NCBI GenBank assembly: GCA_037925075.1 | Contig: JAXSNR010000002.1 | Location: 608,001 to 672,000, forward strand | From: Aquificaceae bacterium | GTDB lineage: Bacteria; Aquificota; Aquificia; Aquificales; Aquificaceae | DNA: 64,000 nt | Direction: 5' to 3' | Shown here: positions 9,481 through 18,819 of the stretch, in pieces | Numbering within the stretch: the stretch's first letter is position 1 | Layout of the letters: every line of letters starts with the position of its first letter | Made by a program: the position numbers and the translations under genes | The notes under the pieces: generated by a model | Told to the model about the DNA's origin: nothing | The model's input: only the letters and a program-made list of their open reading frames with translations | Databases searched by the model: none

Positions 9481-9915
9481 ATGTCTTATTGCAGGTGCCC
9501 CCGCACTGGGGGCTTTTCTATAATAGAGCTTGTTGTAGTTATTTCCATTATTGCCATATTGGTTTCCATAGCGGTTCCATCTTACATTAAATACACGGAA
9601 AAATCAAGGGTTTCTTCCTATGCCCTGCCTGTGCTTAGGGGCTGTATGGCGGACATTGCGTCCTATTGTGCTTCCAATAGCCCACCTTCTGGTACGGAAG
9701 ATTACGGAAATCCAGTGGGAAACGCTAGATTTCCAAATTGTAAAGCTAATATACCAACTCCTGTTGGCACAGTTACAATCTTAGCTCTTGAAAACCCTGT
9801 TTGTTCAAGTAGTGGGCTTCTTATTCAAGGAAGGCTTACCGCTTCTCTTCCTTCTGGGGGTTATAAGGCTTACTGCACCGTAGATGTGCGACCCTTTAGA
9901 TGCTACATAGAGTAG
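9481..9915 (+). CDS. Second type IVa pilin (paralog of PilA)
   Basis: GG|FSIIELVVVISIIAILVSIAVPSY. Shares KSxVSSYAxPxxRGC and 6-Cys spacing with PilA. No SD. Confidence 0.85.
   Translation: MSYCRCPRTGGFSIIELVVVISIIAILVSIAVPSYIKYTEKSRVSSYALPVLRGCMADIASYCASNSPPSGTEDYGNPVGNARFPNCKANIPTPVGTVTILALENPVCSSSGLLIQGRLTASLPSGGYKAYCTVDVRPFRCYIE
9497..9519 (+). terminator. Intrinsic terminator-like hairpin inside the 5' end of the second pilin CDS
   Basis: GCCCCC-GCACT-GGGGGC followed by TTTTCT. Same GCCCCC/GGGGGC stem as the other terminators in the window. Confidence 0.65.
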
Positions 9916-11837
9916 TGCTTTTCCATAAGCTTTTTGATGGATAGCTTAACCTCTCCTATGAATTCTGCGTAAAGCTTCAAAAAGGCTTCCATAAAATCCT
10001 TTACTTTTTCTTCTTCGTACAGCTCAAGGATGTGCCCTATAACATACACACTCCATTGATAGGTGTTGTGAAAAACAAGCACATAAGCCACATTTCCAAT
10101 CGCTTGTATATAGCTTTCAAGCACAGCCATAAAATGTAGGGCTTCCCTTAGGTTTGTGGGCTTTGGCGTGGATAAGATTACAGCTTCAAGCCTATCAAAA
10201 ATGTTGTAAAGGTCCTCAAAAAATCCTTTCAAGTCTACGTTTCCCACATAGTCTCTTCTGAAGTTCTGTTTTATAAGCCTTAAAACCTCTTCTTTGCTTG
10301 TTTTTGTGTCTATAAAAAGCTCTTCTGGCTCAAGGGGGATGGCACCCTCTATCTTTATACCATCGGAAAGGTTATAGACTTTTATACCATATTCGTGTAT
10401 TGTCTTGTGTATGGCATAGCCCGTTTCTTCAAAAAGGGTTTCTGTATAGACAAAACCGCCAAAGTTTCCCGGCACAACCTTGTTTAAGTTTACCTTTGAC
10501 TTGTATAGCATGCTCTTGGAGTTATAGTAGTTGCTAAGCTTTGAGTGATGCACTTTTGGGTCTTTTGAGCCTAAATCTACACCAAAAAGGTAAATCTCTT
10601 CAAAGCCCAGATGGGCACATAGAGAAACACCCAAGGCGGTAACCGTTGGACCTATGTTAGCAAGCTGGGGAGCCTTTATAAACTTCCTTAGCATGTTGGC
10701 ACCCGTATCGTTAAACTTTAGGATTATTCCACCTTCCTCAAAGAGGTCAAAGCACTGGGTCCATACGGTGTTGCTTGTTACAAGAAATATACCTTTTAGA
10801 AACTCAGGGTCCACCTCAGAAAGCACATCGTAGGTGTATTTTGTCCTTTCTAATTCCACATGGATGTCTGGCTTTATACCTGCCTTTTGCAGGCTTGTTA
10901 TGGTAGAACCGCAAGAGACTATAAGGGCACGGTCCTTATACCTTTTTATGAGGTCCAGATTTTTGTCAAGGCTTGGACCAGCACCAAGCACAAAGGCTGG
11001 AAAGTCCTTTGGAACTTTTACATCTCCGTAGTAGAGAGGAATCCCTTTTAGTATCTTCTCTGTGGTCCAATCCAAAGACCAAAGCTCATCATCAAAAAAG
11101 CCATAAAAAAGTTGTCTAAGCATAGGGTGTTTTCTAAGCCAATCTATGGGCTTTAGGGGAGGTTCATATTCAAGGTGTTGGAAGTAGTATGTATAAAAGG
11201 CTGTTGCTGGGTTCATCCCTTGTATAGCTTTCAAAACCGGCTCATAGGCCTCGTCTGGGTGTTGGTCTGCGTATTTGTTATCAAGGATCACTATATGAAG
11301 CTGTCTTTTGCTTCCTGGCGAAAAGTATTCAAACACCCATTCCCAATCAAGCCAATAAAAACTTAGCTTAAAGTAAAGCGGTACATCTATCAGTATAAGG
11401 TTCTGGACCTCGTACCTTTCCAAGAGGCTCTTTATATGCATACCAAAGCCCACACCCACCACTATCAAAAGGGGTATAAACCCTCTTTTTAGGCTTGGGG
11501 GTTCATACATAGTTTTTGTAAGCTTTAGGAGTTTGTTAGCGTATCTGTAGGCTATTATGTCTTCCCTTTCTGGCGGGGCTTCAAAATTTACACTGTTAAA
11601 AAGCTTTGGCTCAAGCCTTTCAAAAACTTCAATCTGTTTATTCACCAAAGCAAGAACATCACCACCGTATATACTAACACCACCCACTATGGCATCAAGC
11701 TTTTCTCCCTTTTCCTTTATCTTTATTGGAGTTTTTACCTTTTTTACCGCCTCCGCCACGGGTGGAAGTTTTTCTTCAAAAAGCTTTAGATTCCTTCTGT
11801 AAAGGACCTCCCTTTCAACCCTTTTAAGAAAAGCCAT
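9903..11837 (-). CDS. Maf-family (DUF115/MAF_flag10) putative nonulosonate glycosyltransferase
   Basis: 'GVGFGMHI', 'VLGAGPSLD', 'IVSCGSTITSL..AGIKPDIHVELER', 'GPTV', 'LGFEEIYLFGVDLG', 'VPGNFGG', 'VYNLSDG.KIEGA' are typical of Maf proteins. Confidence 0.82.
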   Translation of the reverse strand: MAFLKRVEREVLYRRNLKLFEEKLPPVAEAVKKVKTPIKIKEKGEKLDAIVGGVSIYGGDVLALVNKQIEVFERLEPKLFNSVNFEAPPEREDIIAYRYANKLLKLTKTMYEPPSLKRGFIPLLIVVGVGFGMHIKSLLERYEVQNLILIDVPLYFKLSFYWLDWEWVFEYFSPGSKRQLHIVILDNKYADQHPDEAYEPVLKAIQGMNPATAFYTYYFQHLEYEPPLKPIDWLRKHPMLRQLFYGFFDDELWSLDWTTEKILKGIPLYYGDVKVPKDFPAFVLGAGPSLDKNLDLIKRYKDRALIVSCGSTITSLQKAGIKPDIHVELERTKYTYDVLSEVDPEFLKGIFLVTSNTVWTQCFDLFEEGGIILKFNDTGANMLRKFIKAPQLANIGPTVTALGVSLCAHLGFEEIYLFGVDLGSKDPKVHHSKLSNYYNSKSMLYKSKVNLNKVVPGNFGGFVYTETLFEETGYAIHKTIHEYGIKVYNLSDGIKIEGAIPLEPEELFIDTKTSKEEVLRLIKQNFRRDYVGNVDLKGFFEDLYNIFDRLEAVILSTPKPTNLREALHFMAVLESYIQAIGNVAYVLVFHNTYQWSVYVIGHILELYEEEKVKDFMEAFLKLYAEFIGEVKLSIKKLMEKHYSM

Positions 11838-11846
11838 TTTAATATT

Positions 11847-12290
11847 TTACCTTACGTATACAGCTTCCACCCTTGCGGTTTGAGTTGGAGCATTGGCAGG
11901 AAAGCTTGATATGGATACAATCTTAAAGACCGCACCACCTTCGGAGCCACTCGTAGGCTCGTAGGATGCACCGCTTATCTCCTGCCCCGCTATTTGTATA
12001 GATCCTACTCTACAGACAAAGACCTGCGTCCTACCCAACTCCCCCCTTCCGGCTATCCTAAACTCCAAATTAAATTCAGCACATCTTCCTTGTTCCCATT
12101 CGGTGGGAAAGTTGGTCAAAGAAGCACCATAGCGTGCTCCAGAGGACGCCGCCTCCTTTACAGTGCTAAAGGTTCTTAACTCTTCCGTTGTTTTTGTAAG
12201 CCTTGTGAGTATACCATAAAGAGCTACGACAAAAACACCAACCAGAATACTAAAAATCAAAGCATTTACTAAGGCGACACCCCTTTTCAT
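11847..12290 (-). CDS. pilX: PilX-like minor pilin
   Basis: SD GGAGG then MKRG|VALVNALIFSILV. Lacks Glu5, as expected for the PilX/GspK class. Confidence 0.75.
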   Translation of the reverse strand: MKRGVALVNALIFSILVGVFVVALYGILTRLTKTTEELRTFSTVKEAASSGARYGASLTNFPTEWEQGRCAEFNLEFRIAGRGELGRTQVFVCRVGSIQIAGQEISGASYEPTSGSEGGAVFKIVSISSFPANAPTQTARVEAVYVR

Positions 12291-12301
12291 CCTCTTACCT
12301 C

Positions 12302-13198
12302 CTATTTTGCAAGGTTTGGCATAAGTATGTCCATTTCCACAGTAGCCCACTTTCTGAGCATGAAGTTGTTGTTGTTAGAAAAGTTTGGGTTTAACTGTCT
12401 AAGACTGCCACCCCCACACCTTTCCGAATAGGTAGGCTCAGACACCACACCAGAAGCCGGAGCGGATTCAGAAAGTTGCACCATCATACAAAGCCTAACC
12501 CCTACAAGGTCATCGTAATTGGGTGCGGTATCCTGAGATACAATCTCACCGTTTTGGTTTCTTACTAAGTACCTAAACCTGAGGTGTCCAACACAGGAGA
12601 TTATCTCACCAGCTCCGTTCATATCAAGTATTAGCCTACCGGTGCCCTGAAGGCAATAGGGTTGTGTGTTCTGATTGTCAAAGTACAATCTAACAACTTC
12701 TGGCTGATTTTGGTTTTGATAATTTTTTATAAAAGCAAGGCAGTTTCTTGTACAGTTTTGTATAAGACTTTTATCTGTTATGGAAATTCTAATTGGATAA
12801 TCTGCTACATCAGCAGAACAATTCTTGCCAGTTATTGACATGGTCGCAGGCTCATTTCCTACTTGGAGTTTAAACTCTCCCGTAGCGTCTATTATACCCC
12901 AGCATCCTGTTTGGATGTTTTGAGTGCTTGCCCTTGTTAGTACTGTTAATTGATTTGACTGTAAATTTATAACTGTGCCTATTTGGAGCTGGTTTTTGTC
13001 TATACCAAAGCCCGCAGTGGATAGCAATCTTGCGAGGTTATCTATAACAAAGTTTAGCTGTGCCTCTGTTTTCATGATGGTGGATTGTTCAGCGGTTCTA
13101 CCCACAAGCGTTCTGTATAAAGTAAGAATCCCAGCTCCCAGAATTAAGGTAAGTGCCATAACTACCAGAAGTTCAACCAATGTCATACCCCTTTTCAT
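12302..13198 (-). CDS. pilW: PilW-like minor pilin
   Basis: MKRG|MTLVELLVVM, 'L..AGFG', C-terminal 'LRFRY..VGVRLCMMV..MPNL'. Confidence 0.8.
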   Translation of the reverse strand: MKRGMTLVELLVVMALTLILGAGILTLYRTLVGRTAEQSTIMKTEAQLNFVIDNLARLLSTAGFGIDKNQLQIGTVINLQSNQLTVLTRASTQNIQTGCWGIIDATGEFKLQVGNEPATMSITGKNCSADVADYPIRISITDKSLIQNCTRNCLAFIKNYQNQNQPEVVRLYFDNQNTQPYCLQGTGRLILDMNGAGEIISCVGHLRFRYLVRNQNGEIVSQDTAPNYDDLVGVRLCMMVQLSESAPASGVVSEPTYSERCGGGSLRQLNPNFSNNNNFMLRKWATVEMDILMPNLAK

Positions 13199-14118
13199 GG
13201 CCTCTCCTTAAACACAATCTTATTAACAGCCCTATATCTTTTGTCTATCGGGTCAAAATACCAAGCAACAATACCTATGGCTTTCCCAGCTTCTTTTACA
13301 GGGTTTTTGTAGTAGTAGTAGTTTATTATGCCCATTCCCACAAAAACTCTATCCGCAGCTCCAGCACGCCGTAAATCAGAATCAGGACCACTTGTACCTT
13401 TGCCAAGTTCATAAGTACACTTTAAACCACCTATCTGGTTGGCATCCACTCTGTAGTTTGGTGAGTTGTCATAGCTATACCATGGACCTTCAACCGTATG
13501 TCGGCAGTTTCCAAGCCTACAAGCACAGTCCGAAGACCCCTGACCCTGACCCCAATATGGTAAAAACCTCATCCACCCCGCTAAATGTGCAGTTGGGCTG
13601 TTGTACTTCATATCACTTTCACCACAGCTTGTAGCACCATCTTTACAGTCATTATTCCCATAGTAGGGGTCAATAATTGCCACAATGTTATCGTTGTCCG
13701 CATCGTAGGGTCTAGCGATGTTGGCAAAGGGTGGCGTATAGTTTGGGTCCATAAAGGAGCAGTAATAACAGTTTGGATCATTAGAATTATTGCATACCTG
13801 ATTGGTTTGCCAGTTTCTTTTTTCTTTATCGCAATAGCCTCTGTTAAAAGCACAGTCGTAGCAATAATGGTCAGCACCCCCGGGTTGTTCGTTTGGGTCT
13901 GGGTTTAGAATCCATGAATTGTAGGGCAAAGATTCCATGTAGCTTGCCCATGTTTCTACCACTTGGACTGCGGTTTGTTTTAGTTTTGACCTTAGGTGGA
14001 GCCTCATGATTTCCAAAACCCCTTTAGCAAGGGCAATGCCAAGTAAAAGGATCATAACCATGGCAACCAAAACTTCTATTAAGCTAAATCCTTTGTTTTT
14101 TACTAATCTTGTGGGCAT
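13195..14118 (-). CDS. pilV: PilV-like minor pilin with large Cys-rich insertion
   Basis: NKG|FSLIEVLVAMVMILLLGIAL. Start placed at ATG 14118 behind GGAGG. 12 Cys. Confidence 0.72.
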   Translation of the reverse strand: MPTRLVKNKGFSLIEVLVAMVMILLLGIALAKGVLEIMRLHLRSKLKQTAVQVVETWASYMESLPYNSWILNPDPNEQPGGADHYCYDCAFNRGYCDKEKRNWQTNQVCNNSNDPNCYYCSFMDPNYTPPFANIARPYDADNDNIVAIIDPYYGNNDCKDGATSCGESDMKYNSPTAHLAGWMRFLPYWGQGQGSSDCACRLGNCRHTVEGPWYSYDNSPNYRVDANQIGGLKCTYELGKGTSGPDSDLRRAGAADRVFVGMGIINYYYYKNPVKEAGKAIGIVAWYFDPIDKRYRAVNKIVFKERP

Positions 14119-14591
14119 GGTCCTTGACCCTCCACTACTCTTATTCTTCCATATCTGTTTATGCAAATGGTCTTTGAAATACCAAGCGGTTCGGAGGTTA
14201 TAACGATGTTGTTCATACCAATCCCACAGGACGCATCCCTTGGATACCCCATCCTGTCGTAGCTTATGACTCGGAGTTCTTGTACTGTTACACCGCTTGG
14301 AAGGTTAAAGGGTCTTACCAAATTGTTATTGCAGTCCGGCGTACAGCTGGTTGAAACTTTACACAACTTAACCGTATTGTCAGAAAGCACAACACCATGC
14401 ATATTTGGATTTGAAGCTGATAGCCTTCTGGCTTCTTCCAAAGCACCTATGACCAAGTTTATACCCTCCCTAAGTCTTGCTTGGTTTACTTGCCTCATTA
14501 AACTGATGAGGGCAACGCCGGCGAGTATGGAAAGTATTGCAATTACCACAAGAACTTCCATTATTGTTATGCCTCTCACTTTTCTATCCAT
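14103..14591 (-). CDS. FimT/FimU (GspH-like) minor pilin
   Basis: RG|ITIMEVLVVIAILSIL, 'ARLRE..L..AL..AR..S', 'ISYDRMGYP', 'INRYGRIR'. Confidence 0.82.
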   Translation of the reverse strand: MDRKVRGITIMEVLVVIAILSILAGVALISLMRQVNQARLREGINLVIGALEEARRLSASNPNMHGVVLSDNTVKLCKVSTSCTPDCNNNLVRPFNLPSGVTVQELRVISYDRMGYPRDASCGIGMNNIVITSEPLGISKTICINRYGRIRVVEGQGPCPQD

Positions 14592-17500
14592 AGTACAAAC
14601 CTACCCGTTTGAGGTCCCAATTGTTGTTGTATGTTAAATATGCTACCTGTACTGATTTGTCCTATAACCCTTCCCTCCCCGGCGGAGCTTCTTACAAACC
14701 TGAACACTTCCCCAAGGGGTGGAGAGCCGTAGCCAACAAGGAAGGTGGATTTTACCTTGCTTCCTTCTGTGTTGTTAGGCATAACCAGAGGTGGCCTTGA
14801 AAGTGGCAAGCCAGTTTTGTAGTTAAGGGCTGTTATGTAGGTTTCTCCCATAGGCGTGCAAGAATCATCGGAAGGCACAAAGTACATACTGAGCACTACT
14901 CCAAAGGACACAAAGGGCCTTGAGTAAGCCAATGCCCCCTGTCCAAGATAGTAGTACCAACCTTTTTTATTACTTTGTAGCCTGCATAGATCCACCTGAG
15001 CGTTTGTGCTTATGTATACATTCTTAAGGCTACAGCTTTGACCCACGCATTCACATATCTGCCTTGTTTGACCTTGGGTAAAGTTAAGAGAGCTTGTAGA
15101 ACAGTTATCATAACCATTCATATTGTTGGCATCCGCGAGGTCTGTTCCCCCTATGACAGCAGAGCAATTATCAGTAAAGTAATTGTTGGTCGAATCCCAG
15201 CATGGGTCTTTGAAGCCTATTATGTAATTTTTGTAAGGTACTTGCCTGTGATTGGCTGAAAAATACAAGCCGGTGTTTAGGTAAATCCAGAGGTTGTTGT
15301 TTTCATCCTTTGTAGCGGTTACTCCCGCAAAAACTGGTGGCGTGTTTGCATTATCCGAAAAGCCATCCAAGTCTATGACCTTTTTAACATCGTTTATAGT
15401 AAGGCTTGCTGGATCCTTGTAGTTATTCTGTCCTGTTTTGAGAGCAATCCTATATAACCCACCCCATGTTTTTCCGTTGCTTTTGTATCCATACATTCCA
15501 AAGTATATGACATCGTCCTGATAGTCACCATCCACATCAAACACCATAGAATCCCCGACCGCAGCCTTTGTATTCTGAGGCAAGAGAGAATTAAGGCCCA
15601 GAGTTTTTACAATTTGGCCATTGTCCGCTTTTACTATGTACAGTTTAGGTGTTGAAGGGAATTTATCATAAGAATCCGCATTTGGATCCAGTGGTCCGGA
15701 ACCAAGCACAAAGTACCATTTTCCGTTTTTGTTTTTGTCTCCAATTCTCACCCTTGCGGGATAGGAAGTGGCAAGTGTGCCATCAATTTTTATTTCCCAC
15801 ATAAGCTCTGGAAGTGTGTTTCCAGTGTTGTCGTTAAGGTAGTTGTTAAGCTTTAGTAAAAATACACTTGATGAGTAGCTTCCCAGCTGCTTACCTCCCA
15901 TTCCCATGGTGCCCAGAAGGTATGTCCTCCAGCTACCTTGAGTTTTGTCAGCGTCTGGGTCATAGTTTTTATCAAAGCTTGCGTCAAAGACCTCAAGCCT
16001 GTAGTCCACTATGGGTATATAACCCTTGTTTGCCGAACAGTATTCCGGATGGCCATACCAGAGCATATAAGGTAGTGCATTCTGAGGTATAAAGGCGAAC
16101 TCTTCTTCTTCTACCCTGTTTGTTAAATCACTACTCGGATCATCCACAAGCTTTATGGGTTGCCATGTGTTACCTGTTTCTTTTAGATGTCCTATCCTAA
16201 AGAAATGAACCATACCTTCGTTAGAAGCCACATAGGCAATGGACCTTCTGTTTTTGTAAGAAGTGCTTTGCACATACTGCCTGTAGGTTTCATCCTCGTA
16301 CACGGACACGTATTTGAAGTTTAGAGGTTGGTTTCCTGCTACTGTGGGAGTAGAGTAAACAACAGGTCCCATTTTCCAGGGAGTATTAGTACCTTGACTG
16401 TAGTTATAACACAGCTGGCTAACATCAAAGGTTCTTTTTCTCGCGGTGTATTGTATGCATTGTGAATCTTGATCCCCACGTAGATATTCAATCACACAAT
16501 CTACCTGTGAGTTTGTTAAAGTGGAATCAATCACATCCCAATAGGGCTTTATGTCGCTCCTGTTGGATGTTTTAAACTCTTTTAGCTGGCCGTTGTTGTT
16601 GAAGTATATTTTTCTGCTGTCTTTTGAGGTTATTGCAAGCTTACAATCAAACTGAAGGGTTGGCTTTAGCTGTATAGGATTAGTAATTTGTGCAGATGAG
16701 CACACGCTTGAGCCTTCATCTGGGTCAGAATCAAAGAGAGCGACTTTAACCTCGTTTGTGGAGGTAAAGAAGAACCTAAAAACCTTGTCCCTGTAATCTC
16801 CTAATAAGGTTAAAAGCTTATCCATTACCGTATCTTCTCTTAGCTCTTGGCCGGGGTCTACCCAGTATCCTCTAAAGCTTCCCATCCATTTCACCAATAA
16901 ACCTTCTCTGGTGGTGTATTCTGGATAAAAGGCTGGTTGAATTATAGCGGAAGAGGTTTGATACCTTGATGTCAAGGTTGCCACCGTAGCACCAGAAGAG
17001 GCTCTTTTGAGAATATCGGAGAAGGCGGATAATAGGGCATTTTTAAGAGAGTTAGCATCATCCGCTTCATAAAAGTTATAAGGAAGGCCATCCTGAGGAG
17101 AGTTAGAAAAAGTGTCCCATTCTGAGCAAAGGTTATTCCAAGTTCCGTTTGGGTTGCACTGAGAAAGGGGATAGGTTACTCCTCTGCTGTTGCAAAAGGT
17201 GGCAGAAATAGTTTGTATATTTGTTCTTACTGTAGAGTCAAGACCTGAGCAATAGCCAGAACCATTGGGATACTGAATGTTTGTAAAAGGATAGGGCCAG
17301 GTATTGTTATCCTTGTCTTCAAAGCCCCCAAAAATGGCGGTGGTTATCATAGCCTGTCTTCCTTGAAGTTTTGTACTCTGTTCCAAATCTCCAAAGGCAT
17401 AAACAGCATAGGTATAAACATTTTGCTTTCCGGATATGTCGTTTCTGAGATCCTCCGTTGCCATAACGCGGGCTGGCACTACTGGGTCTACGCCTCCATT

Positions 17501-18556
17501 CCAAGCCCCGTCAGAAAGCAAAAGAACAAAACCTTTTCTACAGGAAACCGCACGGGAGTTTTGACCAGACCCATCGTAGTAAGGATCCATATTGGCATTA
17601 CCTCTTCCAATATAGGCATTATTTGCTTCGTAGTTATGGTCATTACTCTGTCTGTAAAAATCATAAGCCTCCCAAAGGGCTTCTCCGGTGGGTGTTCCCC
17701 AGTAAGGTAGTTCGTTATTTATAGCACTGATCAAGCTTGAAAGGGTAGCTGTTTTTCCCGTCCTTATTTCTCCATATCTACCATCTGATGCAAATACCAT
17801 AAATTCCATTATCAGTTGACATTTATCGTTTACTTGTCCATTTAGGTCGCTGGTATCACAAAAGGAATGAATAATTCCCCTAATAGAGCTTGGGTCGGAG
17901 GGTCTAATCTTTATCTGGGCGTTGGAAATAGAGTTGTTTCCAAGAGGGCAAGTACCATTATAGTTTTGTATAGTTATCCTTCTGTTGCTTGTAGTATTTG
18001 CGGTTATGGAAAATGTGCATTTTAAGTTGTTATCGTAAATAGTATATGTGCCTCCCTCACTTTCAAGAAAGGTATTACCACCCGAGTAAGAGGTCCTTCC
18101 TCCCGTAAGCACAGCTCTGGCTATATCTATCCTTGTTGTAGTGATCCAGTTCAAAAGATTACCTGAAATGCAAGTGCTTGTCCCAATCTTATTTGAACAA
18201 TTACAGTTCTTTTCCTGAAAGACAGAGGAGGAATATTCATAACACTTATTAGGGTCAAAGTATCCTGAATAGGTTTTATTGGTGTCATACCTCCAAGGAG
18301 AATCACTTTGAGCTGTACTAGTGCCACATCTAGCTACGTAGCCTGAATACCCTCCAAAATTACAAGGTACATAGGCAGGAAACTGCATAGAGCCTGAGAA
18401 GTCCATGACTATGAGGACATTTGGCTTTACGCTTGTTCCCACAAAAGGTGGTACATAGCAATAATCGTTCATATTAACGCTTTGAGGTCTTGAAGGGCTT
18501 ATAAGTAGTATGGTCAAAAAGATTAGGGCTTTCACAAAAAGCTGTACCTTTCTCAT
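14576..18556 (-). CDS. pilY1: PilY1/PilC pilus-tip adhesin (vWA + beta-propeller); start could be 18571
   Basis: 'PNVLIVMDFSGSM' MIDAS-type motif, 'GTPTGEAL', 'VYSTP', 'YVASNEGMVHFF', 'EEFAFIP', Ca-loop DVDGDYQDD, 'GWYY.L'. Confidence 0.9.
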   Translation of the reverse strand: MRKVQLFVKALIFLTILLISPSRPQSVNMNDYCYVPPFVGTSVKPNVLIVMDFSGSMQFPAYVPCNFGGYSGYVARCGTSTAQSDSPWRYDTNKTYSGYFDPNKCYEYSSSVFQEKNCNCSNKIGTSTCISGNLLNWITTTRIDIARAVLTGGRTSYSGGNTFLESEGGTYTIYDNNLKCTFSITANTTSNRRITIQNYNGTCPLGNNSISNAQIKIRPSDPSSIRGIIHSFCDTSDLNGQVNDKCQLIMEFMVFASDGRYGEIRTGKTATLSSLISAINNELPYWGTPTGEALWEAYDFYRQSNDHNYEANNAYIGRGNANMDPYYDGSGQNSRAVSCRKGFVLLLSDGAWNGGVDPVVPARVMATEDLRNDISGKQNVYTYAVYAFGDLEQSTKLQGRQAMITTAIFGGFEDKDNNTWPYPFTNIQYPNGSGYCSGLDSTVRTNIQTISATFCNSRGVTYPLSQCNPNGTWNNLCSEWDTFSNSPQDGLPYNFYEADDANSLKNALLSAFSDILKRASSGATVATLTSRYQTSSAIIQPAFYPEYTTREGLLVKWMGSFRGYWVDPGQELREDTVMDKLLTLLGDYRDKVFRFFFTSTNEVKVALFDSDPDEGSSVCSSAQITNPIQLKPTLQFDCKLAITSKDSRKIYFNNNGQLKEFKTSNRSDIKPYWDVIDSTLTNSQVDCVIEYLRGDQDSQCIQYTARKRTFDVSQLCYNYSQGTNTPWKMGPVVYSTPTVAGNQPLNFKYVSVYEDETYRQYVQSTSYKNRRSIAYVASNEGMVHFFRIGHLKETGNTWQPIKLVDDPSSDLTNRVEEEEFAFIPQNALPYMLWYGHPEYCSANKGYIPIVDYRLEVFDASFDKNYDPDADKTQGSWRTYLLGTMGMGGKQLGSYSSSVFLLKLNNYLNDNTGNTLPELMWEIKIDGTLATSYPARVRIGDKNKNGKWYFVLGSGPLDPNADSYDKFPSTPKLYIVKADNGQIVKTLGLNSLLPQNTKAAVGDSMVFDVDGDYQDDVIYFGMYGYKSNGKTWGGLYRIALKTGQNNYKDPASLTINDVKKVIDLDGFSDNANTPPVFAGVTATKDENNNLWIYLNTGLYFSANHRQVPYKNYIIGFKDPCWDSTNNYFTDNCSAVIGGTDLADANNMNGYDNCSTSSLNFTQGQTRQICECVGQSCSLKNVYISTNAQVDLCRLQSNKKGWYYYLGQGALAYSRPFVSFGVVLSMYFVPSDDSCTPMGETYITALNYKTGLPLSRPPLVMPNNTEGSKVKSTFLVGYGSPPLGEVFRFVRSSAGEGRVIGQISTGSIFNIQQQLGPQTGRFVLWIEK

Positions 18557-18558
18557 GG

Positions 18559-18819
18559 TTAATCCCACCATCCTAATATTTTTATGTGCTTGGCTTCGTT
18601 GGCTTGATTAAACTCTACTTTTATAGTTCTTGCATGCTGTAATACATCAACCCCCAAACGCTCACCAGTTGGACTTTCCACTATTACATCCTTTGCAAGC
18701 TTGTAGCTTTTGCCGTTCACTATTAAACTATCTCCTTTAACCATAGCCTTAATCCCATTTAGCTCCAATCCCACAACAATACCAACAAGCACTAAAGCCA
18801 AGAAAAATAGCCTAACCAT
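18559..18819 (-). CDS. Small exported beta protein next to pilY1 (PilY2-like?)
   Basis: SD AAGGAGG, signal peptide, 'LIVNGKSYKL' motif. Confidence 0.6.
   Translation of the reverse strand: MVRLFFLALVLVGIVVGLELNGIKAMVKGDSLIVNGKSYKLAKDVIVESPTGERLGVDVLQHARTIKVEFNQANEAKHIKILGWWD

Noticed and set aside
9481..9915. Second pilin as a silent pilS-like recombination cassette
   Set aside because: It has its own start and a full prepilin motif, and its nucleotide sequence has diverged from pilA even in the conserved helix, leaving little homology for gene conversion.
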